In this document: positions 42,013 to 49,715 of the stretch, piece by piece
Position numbering within the stretch: position 1 is the first letter of the stretch
Layout: every line of letters begins with the position of its first letter
Assembly (NCBI RefSeq): GCF_040274945.1
Contig: NZ_JBEMAR010000003.1
Span: forward strand, 88,994-152,993
Origin: Carnobacterium sp.
GTDB taxonomy: Bacteria > Bacillota > Bacilli > Lactobacillales > Carnobacteriaceae
Reading direction: 5' to 3'
Length of the DNA: 64,000 nucleotides
Notes under the pieces: model-generated
Told to the model about the DNA's origin: nothing
What the model saw: the letters and a program-made list of their open reading frames with translations, nothing else
Databases searched by the model: none
Made by a program: the position numbers and the translations under genes

Positions 42013-43506
42013 TTATCCCACTACTGTGCTTTCCCACTGAACGGCATCTTTTGAACGGACACGTAAAGCTTCAGAATTCCCATTTGCTTTTTCCACTGCA
42101 TCTGCCACTCCATCAATTAGGCTTTTTGAGGTCATCGTTGCTCCTGAGATAACATCCACTTGCAACGTTTGCCCGCTGATTATTTCCTCCGGTAACCGCT
42201 TGAAAACGGAAGTTGCAACGGCATCTGGCTGCTCTTGGCCGTCCAATTCTATTGCCAAAATTTTAGTATCCGAGAAGGTTACTTTCATCAGGATACCACT
42301 CCCATCATGACCTTCAACAGAAGCTTCATAGGTTCCAGGATTGAAAGTAATTTTTGTATTTTGCAATTCTTTCAAATATTCATATTTTTCTTCTTCTGCT
42401 TTCACATCTTTAATCATGAAATCCATCACGTCCCATAAAGGTTCAGGGATCTGTAACCGATCTTGTTCGTTGATGTCTGCAAAGTCTTTGATTTCTTCAT
42501 CAGATTTTGTTTTTTCAACCCAATTCGGTTCGACCAAAAAGGCTTTCCCGACCGCAACTAGATCATAGCCCGCTTCAAGTGCAGCTTCCGCATCGCTGCG
42601 TTGACCAATTCCCCCTACACCGATAAGAGCAATTTGAGCTAACTCTTCCGATTGTTGCTCGATATACTTCTCTAGTAGTGGCTGACTGTCTTCTTTATCT
42701 ATGATTGATGTTCGGTTCCAACTGCCCATTGAAACATGGAAGTAATCCGGCTTTAATTTAGCTAAGCGGTTCAATAAGTACATCGTATCTTCAAATCGAA
42801 TCCCTGGTTCTTCAATTTCTTCCGGAGAGAATCGGTAACCTACAATGAAATGTTCTGCTTGCTGTTTCTTGACTTCTTCTTGCACAGCTTTCATCACGGC
42901 TTCCGGAAATTTAGCGCGTGCTTCTCGGCTGCCGCCCCATTTGTCTTCACGGCGGTTAGAATGAGGAGAGAAAAATTGTTGAATCAAGTATGTATTGGCA
43001 CCATGAATTTCAACTCCATCAAATCCAGCTTCAATCGCGCGTCTGGTAGCATCTGCAAAACTTTGAATCATTCTATCAATATCCACTGGCATCATTTGTC
43101 GCGGTGTAACAGCTTCCGGTCTCAATGCTGCCACAGGACTAGCTGAGATTGGCGCAGCTCCACCATTGAGTTCTGGAGCAGCCATCCGTCCGGCATGATA
43201 AATTTGTAAAATAGCTTTAGATCCTTTTTCTTTAATCGCACGAGCTAGTTTACGCAATTCTTTCACTTGAGAATCTTTATTGTTCCCTAAAGCCCCGGCA
43301 AATCCTCGACCTTTATCTTCCACAAATGAACTCTCCACAATAATTGCGCCAGCTTCTCCAGAACGATGGGCATAATAATCAATCATTTCTTGTGTGACCG
43401 TTCCATCAAAATAGGCTGCTTGAATCGTCATTGGTGCCATCATGATACGATTTTTTAATAGTACTCCCGATTTAAGTTCCATTTCCTCAAATAGTTTTTT
43501 TAACAT
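42013..43506 (-). CDS. Old-yellow-enzyme-type NADH:flavin oxidoreductase fused to an FMN-bind domain, probably C-terminally truncated
   Basis: NRIMMAPMT, QIYHAGR, EIHGANTYLIQQF, FMN-bind motif DVISGATMTS. Start at ATG 43506. Confidence 0.85.
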   Translation of the reverse strand: MLKKLFEEMELKSGVLLKNRIMMAPMTIQAAYFDGTVTQEMIDYYAHRSGEAGAIIVESSFVEDKGRGFAGALGNNKDSQVKELRKLARAIKEKGSKAILQIYHAGRMAAPELNGGAAPISASPVAALRPEAVTPRQMMPVDIDRMIQSFADATRRAIEAGFDGVEIHGANTYLIQQFFSPHSNRREDKWGGSREARAKFPEAVMKAVQEEVKKQQAEHFIVGYRFSPEEIEEPGIRFEDTMYLLNRLAKLKPDYFHVSMGSWNRTSIIDKEDSQPLLEKYIEQQSEELAQIALIGVGGIGQRSDAEAALEAGYDLVAVGKAFLVEPNWVEKTKSDEEIKDFADINEQDRLQIPEPLWDVMDFMIKDVKAEEEKYEYLKELQNTKITFNPGTYEASVEGHDGSGILMKVTFSDTKILAIELDGQEQPDAVATSVFKRLPEEIISGQTLQVDVISGATMTSKSLIDGVADAVEKANGNSEALRVRSKDAVQWESTVVG

Positions 43507-43548
43507 GTTGGTAGTCCTTTCCAGCAATTTAATGTATGTATTTTTTCT

Positions 43549-43938
43549 TCATTCATTTTTAAGTTGATCTTTACGATTTGGAATAACGAATACTAGTGCT
43601 ATCGTTAAACCAATGGTCAAAAACACTAGCATGACTTTAACTAGTTGAAACGGCGCAAAATATATTGAAATGCCCATCAGAATATAACTATTAACGAGTA
43701 TTTTCCATTTTTTATTTTTAGGAATAGATTTCGTTTCAGCGTAATCTGATACGTATAGATGATACAATTTAGTCTTTTTTAGCCAATCATTAAACTTGTT
43801 GGAACTGTGTGCAAAACAGTAGCCAGATAACAATAAAAAAGGTGTGGTTGGCAGCACGGGTAAAATTGCACCTGCTGAACCCAAAAGAAAAGAAAGAATC
43901 CCAACACTAATTAAAAAATGGCGTTTCATCTGCATCAT
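43549..43938 (-). CDS. YbaN/DUF454 membrane protein
   Basis: GAILPVLPTTPFLLLSGYCFAHSS. The true start may be ATG 43929. Confidence 0.9.
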   Translation of the reverse strand: MMQMKRHFLISVGILSFLLGSAGAILPVLPTTPFLLLSGYCFAHSSNKFNDWLKKTKLYHLYVSDYAETKSIPKNKKWKILVNSYILMGISIYFAPFQLVKVMLVFLTIGLTIALVFVIPNRKDQLKNE

Positions 43939-43982
43939 TCCTTTTCTTCAACTAAGCTATATGTGAATTTATCCCGATTATT

Positions 43983-45068
43983 TCAATTCCATTTTTCGCG
44001 GGCAAACGGATTCGGTTCAGCTGGATTACTAAATTCACCACGGCGGGTCGGTTCATCGATTGTCTCAATAAAGGGCGTTCCATTTTGGACGTATTCCATG
44101 AACCCAATACTTTCACCTCTGCGATTAAAAACAGGAACATAAGAAATGAAAATTTTACGACCGTCATCTTTTCGTGTGAACCAATGCGTTTCGCTCTTGC
44201 GTGTCCCATCTGCCAGTTCTCCAGCTAATTTCCCAACAAATTCGCGCACATGAGGCGGATGACAATCAATAAAGTGGCTTCCTAAACTCGCTTGGGAACG
44301 GTGAAACTCATGATGATCTTCATTGAAATATTGAAAGCGTAAATCCGGCCCAACAAACGTAATTTCAACTGGTAGCGCATTCAAAACAGCTTCAATTTGT
44401 TCAATGGTTAGGGATCCTCCTTTAAACTGGATACGCGGTTCTAAGTCTTCTAACTTTGGTTCAGCTTCCGGATCAATCTCACCTCTAGCTACACCTAAAG
44501 CATAATCCAATGCTTCTTGTGCTCCGCGTGAAGAAAAAGTTGCACCCGAGATTGTATCAACTTGAGAAGATTGACTGCGTAAAATCTTTGCAATAATGTC
44601 TTCCATCGCTTTACCACCGATATCAGGAGTCTCTTTTCCTTGGTAGTCAATTTTTTCAATCTTATTTTCACTTACTGTTACATTCAGATTAATGTCACCT
44701 TTATACCCATCTCCGTTTCCACTGTAAGTTCCAGATGTGAAATGGTGTTCAATCTTTCCTGTCTCTTCATTAAATTCACCATCAATTGGAGCACGTTCGC
44801 CCCGTGCAACTCCTAACGCATAGTCCACAGCCCGCAAAGTTCCTTCTGAAGCATATGTCGCGCCAGAAATTGTATCAACTTCTACTGATTGTCGTTTAAT
44901 GATTTCTTCTACCATTTTCGCTACGGCTATCCCGCCTTTATTAGGTGTCTCATTTTCAGAGTAATCGATTTCTACTATTTTTCCCTCATCTACTTTTACA
45001 TCCACCGTAATATAATCATGGTACCCCGTTGCTCTTCCTTTGTACGTTCCTGGTTTAAGATTATTCAT
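43983..45068 (-). CDS. Tandem FMN-bind domains fused to a C-terminal PAS domain
   Basis: Two repeats of GTY.G...G...I.V.V...KI..I....ETP..GG with DTISGATYAS and DTISGATFSS. PAS-like LNALPVEITFV...FQYFN...DCHPP. Start at ATG 45068 (AGGAGG). Confidence 0.85.
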   Translation of the reverse strand: MNNLKPGTYKGRATGYHDYITVDVKVDEGKIVEIDYSENETPNKGGIAVAKMVEEIIKRQSVEVDTISGATYASEGTLRAVDYALGVARGERAPIDGEFNEETGKIEHHFTSGTYSGNGDGYKGDINLNVTVSENKIEKIDYQGKETPDIGGKAMEDIIAKILRSQSSQVDTISGATFSSRGAQEALDYALGVARGEIDPEAEPKLEDLEPRIQFKGGSLTIEQIEAVLNALPVEITFVGPDLRFQYFNEDHHEFHRSQASLGSHFIDCHPPHVREFVGKLAGELADGTRKSETHWFTRKDDGRKIFISYVPVFNRRGESIGFMEYVQNGTPFIETIDEPTRRGEFSNPAEPNPFAREKWN

Positions 45069-45085
45069 AATGAACCTCCTCAATA

Positions 45086-45103
45086 TTGTTATTCATTTCA
45101 CAA
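45086..45103. promoter_or_regulatory. Rex-like operator
   Basis: TTGTTAT-TCAT-TTCACAA versus TTGTGAA-N4-TTCACAA. Confidence 0.5.
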
Positions 45104-45137
45104 TTTGTTTTTACATTGTTAGTATAAGTAGAAAAAT

Positions 45138-45173
45138 AATTAAAAAAATTGATTTAAATCAATTTTTTTAATT
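45138..45173. promoter_or_regulatory. Perfect 36-bp palindrome containing an FNR-type box
   Basis: AATTAAAAAAATTGATTT|AAATCAATTTTTTTAATT, with core TTGAT-TTAA-ATCAA at 45149-45162. Confidence 0.6.
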
Positions 45174-45271
45174 GTTTTAGAAAAAATCTCACATAATTTT
45201 TAGAGTATGTTAAAATGCAAACATATACATCGTATGGACTTCTCAACTATATCGTTAGGTGGGTGAAAAAA

Positions 45272-46201
45272 ATGAAACAGAAGATTATTAATCGAATGGG
45301 GACACAAATCAGCCTTTCCATTGTGCATCCGGAAGCAGAAAAACTATTAGAAAAAGCTAGCCACATACTGGCAGATTACGAAGCACGATTCAGCGCAAAC
45401 AATTTTAACAGTGATTTAATGACCGTGAACCAACAAGCAGGATTACAGCCTGTTCATGTCGATTCAGATTTATATGAATTAATTCAAATCGGCAAGAACT
45501 ATAGTTTGTCCTCTAATCTTGCTCTAAACATCACAATAGGACCACTCGTTAAACTATGGAAAATTGGTTTTACAGAAGCGCGTTTGCCTAAACCAAAAGA
45601 AATTGACGAACGGTTAAAGCTAATTGACCCAACTGACATTGAATTGGATACGGATAAAAGAACGGTATACTTAACAAAAAAAGGCATGGAAATCGATCTT
45701 GGCGCCTTAGCAAAGGGATATTTTGCCGATAAACTCAAAAAGTTTTTTCAACATGAAGGCGTACAAAGTGGTTTAGTGGATTTGGGTGGAAATGTGCTGA
45801 CGATTGGGGAAAATCCAAAATACGAAGATGGCTATTGGCGTGTAGGGATTCAAAAGCCTTCACTGGTTCGTGGAGATTTAGTGGGCGCTGTATTGGTAAA
45901 AAACAAGTCAGTGGTAACATCTGGCATTTATGAACGGTCGCTTAAGGTAAAAGGAAAAGACTACCACCACGTTCTTGATTCCACAACAGGTTATCCAATT
46001 GAAAATGACGTGGCCAGCGTAACCATCATTTCGGATGAATCTATTGACGGAGAAATATGGACTACCCTTTTATTTATGTTCAGTCCCACTTTGGCCATCC
46101 AATATATCGACACCATCCCTGGCATAGAAGCTCTTGTTATCACAAAAGACAACGATGTACACATGACACATGGTATCACACCGTATGTTGTTTTATTTTA
46201 A
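45272..46201 (+). CDS. apbE: FAD:protein FMN transferase ApbE (no signal peptide)
   Basis: MGTQIS, IDLGALAKGY, DLGGN, SVVTSGIYER, YHHVLDSTTGYP. Start at ATG 45272; no hydrophobic N-terminus or lipobox. Confidence 0.92.
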   Translation: MKQKIINRMGTQISLSIVHPEAEKLLEKASHILADYEARFSANNFNSDLMTVNQQAGLQPVHVDSDLYELIQIGKNYSLSSNLALNITIGPLVKLWKIGFTEARLPKPKEIDERLKLIDPTDIELDTDKRTVYLTKKGMEIDLGALAKGYFADKLKKFFQHEGVQSGLVDLGGNVLTIGENPKYEDGYWRVGIQKPSLVRGDLVGAVLVKNKSVVTSGIYERSLKVKGKDYHHVLDSTTGYPIENDVASVTIISDESIDGEIWTTLLFMFSPTLAIQYIDTIPGIEALVITKDNDVHMTHGITPYVVLF

Positions 46202-46496
46202 AAAGCGATAAAGATCAAACTAAACCGTTCAGTTTCTTGAGCGGGACTCAAAGTCTTTTTGAGGTATACCAACTTGTAGGAATTGTCTAACTTAATTTAA
46301 TAACTAAAAACAGATAAAAGCTTGTCTTTATTATAAAGTATTCCGTACACTCCAAATACAGTATGGTATTATTTATATTAGTAGGTCGGTTATCTGGTTA
46401 CGGTAAAAGTTAAAAAACGGCTATCGATTCCTATTTTCGAGTTTTCTTCAATAGGTATCATACGATAACTCATCACTGAAAGGAGGTGAAAATGAA

Positions 46497-47075
46497 GTGC
46501 TCACTACAATCTTAGAAGACCCACTGTACTTACAATTTGCTTTTGCAGGCTGCATCGCATTAGCTATTTTGACATTACCACTAAAAGATATCATCAGTGT
46601 CGGTTTTTACGACATCAGCGATTTCTTTGTCACAGGAATGATTGCTTTTTTCATTACATATGGGGTTCTAGTGACCAACCTTGCAACAGTGTCTATTTGG
46701 TTGTTTGTGGGTGTCTTTCTTGCCGTAATGGTTGTCATTATGCTCATGAATATTCTCGTTATCCTGCCCTTTAAGAGCCGTGCAGAAAATTCAACTATTA
46801 CGTCCATCCATGAGTTAGAAGGCAAAGAAGCGACAGTATCTATTCCAATCACACTCAATGGAACAGGCGAAGTCATCGTCTCTACTGGTTTTACACGAGT
46901 GAATAAAATGGCTAAAATCTATGACAATACTGACAACATAACCGTAATTCCAAAAAATGAAAATGTATTGATCATGGATGTTAGCAACAACATTCTTTAT
47001 GTCCTTCCCTATACAAACAGCATTAAAGCCATTGGCAAACCAACGCCGACATGGAATAAGAAACCAAAAAAATAA
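46497..47075 (+). CDS. NfeD-like (YuaF-type) flotillin partner
   Basis: N-terminal TM segments and an OB-like C-terminus (LEGKEATVSIPI...GEV); directly upstream of flotillin. GTG start with AGGAGGTG. Confidence 0.75.
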   Translation: MLTTILEDPLYLQFAFAGCIALAILTLPLKDIISVGFYDISDFFVTGMIAFFITYGVLVTNLATVSIWLFVGVFLAVMVVIMLMNILVILPFKSRAENSTITSIHELEGKEATVSIPITLNGTGEVIVSTGFTRVNKMAKIYDNTDNITVIPKNENVLIMDVSNNILYVLPYTNSIKAIGKPTPTWNKKPKK

Positions 47076-47116
47076 TCCCACCATCAAAATAGATACGAGA
47101 AAGTAGGAATGTACAC

Positions 47117-48601
47117 ATGGATTCAGCATTATTTGGAACCGTTGGCGCAGTTGTCATCGCAGTCATTTTATTAGTCGCATTAGTTAGTCGTTACCGTACA
47201 GCTTCTCCAGCAGAAGCGTTAATTATCAGTGGTACAGCATTAGGCAGTAAGAACGTGTATGTAGACCCAAATACGGGCAATAAAATGAAAATCGTTAGCG
47301 GAGGCGGGACATTCGTTTGGCCAATCATTCAATCCGTTCATAAGTTGTCATTGCTGTCATCTAAACTAGACGTTCGTACACCAGAAGTGTATACCGAGGA
47401 AGGTGTTCCAGTCGCAGTTGACGGAACCGTTATTATTAAAATTGGATCTACATCAGAAGATATCGCAACAGCCGCTGAACAATACCTTGGTAAATCAACG
47501 GAACAATTAGAAAGCGAAGCGAAAGAAGTTCTAGAAGGACATTTGCGTTCAATTTTAGGTCGCATGACTGTTGAAGATATTTATCAAAATCGTGATAAAT
47601 TCAACCAAAACGTTCAAGATGAAGCATCTGGCGATTTAGCTAAAATGGGATTGGTTATTTTATCTTTTACAGTAAAAGAAGTAACGGACAGAAACGGTTA
47701 CCTAGACTCATTGGGCCAAGGTCGTATTGCTGAAGTGAAACGAGATGCGGATATTAAAACAGCAAATGCAGATAAAGAAACACGCATTCAACGAGCATTA
47801 GCTGAACAACTGTCTCAAGAAGCGGAATTGCAACGCCAAACAGAGATTGCGCAAGCTGAAAAAGTAAAAAGTCTACGTGTATCTGAATACGGAAGAGAAC
47901 AAAATATCGCTAAAGCCGAAGCTGAAAGTGCGTATGACTTAAAGAAAGCTGAATTAAGAAAACAAGTTATCATTGAAGAGGGTAACGCTCAAATTATTGA
48001 ACGTGAAAAACAAATCGAATTGCAAGAAAAAGAAACCATTAAGCAAGAACGCGAATACGATGCAACTGTCCGTAAGAAAGCTGATGCTGAACGTTACTCT
48101 GTTGAACAACGTGCGGAAGCCGATAAAAACAAAGCCATTGCTGAATCTGAAGCGAGAGCCAAAGAAATCGAATTAAACGGTATGGCTCAAGCCGAAAGTA
48201 TTCGTTTAATCGGTCAAGCTGAAGCAGACAGTAAGACAGCATGGGCGGAAGCCTTGAAAGAATACGGTGATGAAGCTATTGCAACCTTACTGATCGAAGC
48301 TTACCCTGCAATTGTTCGTGCTGCTGCTGAACCATTGAGTAACATTGACAAAATTACGGTTGTAGACAGCGGAAACGGAAATGGCACATCAGCCATTACC
48401 AAAACAGCCTTAAACACACTGGCAGCTTCTCAAGAAGCATTTAAAGATGCAACAGGATTAGACATCAATAATTTAATCAGTTCATTTGCGGGAACAAAGA
48501 ATGTGGGTCGTCAAATCAGCAATTTGAACGAAACATTCGCTCAAACAGCAGTCGTGGCTGAAGAACCCATCACCACAGACGATGCACAAAAAATCATTTA
48601 A
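47117..48601 (+). CDS. Flotillin (FloT/YuaG-like SPFH protein)
   Basis: GGGTFVWPIIQ, AAEQYLGK, LEGHLRSILG.MTVEDI, AEA/EA coiled-coil repeats. Confidence 0.92.
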   Translation: MDSALFGTVGAVVIAVILLVALVSRYRTASPAEALIISGTALGSKNVYVDPNTGNKMKIVSGGGTFVWPIIQSVHKLSLLSSKLDVRTPEVYTEEGVPVAVDGTVIIKIGSTSEDIATAAEQYLGKSTEQLESEAKEVLEGHLRSILGRMTVEDIYQNRDKFNQNVQDEASGDLAKMGLVILSFTVKEVTDRNGYLDSLGQGRIAEVKRDADIKTANADKETRIQRALAEQLSQEAELQRQTEIAQAEKVKSLRVSEYGREQNIAKAEAESAYDLKKAELRKQVIIEEGNAQIIEREKQIELQEKETIKQEREYDATVRKKADAERYSVEQRAEADKNKAIAESEARAKEIELNGMAQAESIRLIGQAEADSKTAWAEALKEYGDEAIATLLIEAYPAIVRAAAEPLSNIDKITVVDSGNGNGTSAITKTALNTLAASQEAFKDATGLDINNLISSFAGTKNVGRQISNLNETFAQTAVVAEEPITTDDAQKII

Positions 48602-48614
48602 ACACCTGCATCAA

Positions 48615-48657
48615 TGCACGGCTGGAGCCTTATGGTGGTTCGATTCCACCTCGTGTA
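48615..48657 (+). ncRNA. tRNA-like mini-element (acceptor stem + T arm, no anticodon arm)
   Basis: TGCACGG / TCGTGTA 7-bp stem with two G-U pairs, T stem GGTGG/CCACC, loop TTCGATT, 12-nt connector. Confidence 0.45.
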
Positions 48658-48768
48658 TTTTAATTAGATCAAAGGGGTTCCAAAAACAATCTCAATGAAG
48701 AACCTTTCGTTAAATGCTTGATTTACAATCAAGATAGAATAGAAAGAATTTTTTAAAGAGGTTGAATT

Positions 48769-49333
48769 ATGCGGATTGGTTATGCTCGAGTATCGACAGA
48801 TAACCAAGAACTCTATCGTCAATTAGACGCATTGGAAAAAGTTAGATATGATAAACTCATACCAGAGAAACTTACATGTACACAGAAAAAAGAGCGGGTC
48901 TAGATAGCTTATTTAATACCCTTCGATCAAGATATACGGTCATCATTGGATCCATTAATCGGCTGGGGAGAAAAATTCTAGATATTTTATCTACAGTTAA
49001 AGAACTAAAAGAGCAGGTATAGAAGTCATTTCGTTAAAAGAGAATTTAGATACCTCTACTCCAACCAATCAGGCCATGTTTCAGATGATGGCTGTGATTT
49101 GCTCAGTTGGAGTGTGACTTAAAGGTGGTACAGTGAGTGAATGAAGGCTTAGTATCCGCTAAAGCACGTGGAGTGAAGCTTGGCAGACCGATAATGGACA
49201 AACAAAAGGTGAAAGATGCTTTACGTTTATATGATTCGGGACATTATTCGATTAAAAACATTATACGAATCACTGATATTCTCAAGGATTATTATATCGA
49301 AAGTTAAAAGAAAGAGACTCCAAACAAATTTTA
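48769..49333 (+). pseudogene. Decayed serine recombinase (resolvase/invertase)
   Basis: MRIGYARVSTDNQ..RQLDAL, then frameshifted blocks VISLKENLDTSTPT..AMFQMMAV, EGLVSAKARGVKLGRP and DALRLYDSG. Multiple stops. Confidence 0.9.
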
Positions 49334-49623
49334 ACTTCTATAATTGAAGAGACTGAACAAAAATAAATAGACTTAATTTTATTCTAGTTGATTTGGAATA
49401 TATATATATACAGTTTGGAACCGAAAAATACCCTATGAATTATATTGAATTAGCAAGAGTTAAACATCAGGTATAACTATACAAGCAAATAAAGATATCG
49501 ATTATAGCCTCTTAAGATCATGCTGAAGAAAAAAGTTAATTGTGCTTTAGGAAAACTTCCATAATTGTATCTCTTATGTCAGGAAAACTATATTGTACTA
49601 TCAAAATACAGTAAGTAAACATC

Positions 49624-49663
49624 AAAAAAACTTTGAGATACTATAGTATCTCAAAGTTTTTTT
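49624..49663. terminator. Perfect 40-bp palindromic terminator
   Basis: AAAAAAACTTTGAGATACTA|TAGTATCTCAAAGTTTTTTT, downstream of the P-type ATPase. Confidence 0.8.
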
Positions 49664-49715
49664 TACATTATTAACAATAATTTTAGAATAGTATTCTTAT
49701 TAACTATAACTTTAT

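Noticed and set aside
48615-48660. Complete tRNA gene
   Set aside because: There is no anticodon arm and the element is only about 43 nt; it is reported as a tRNA-like element instead.
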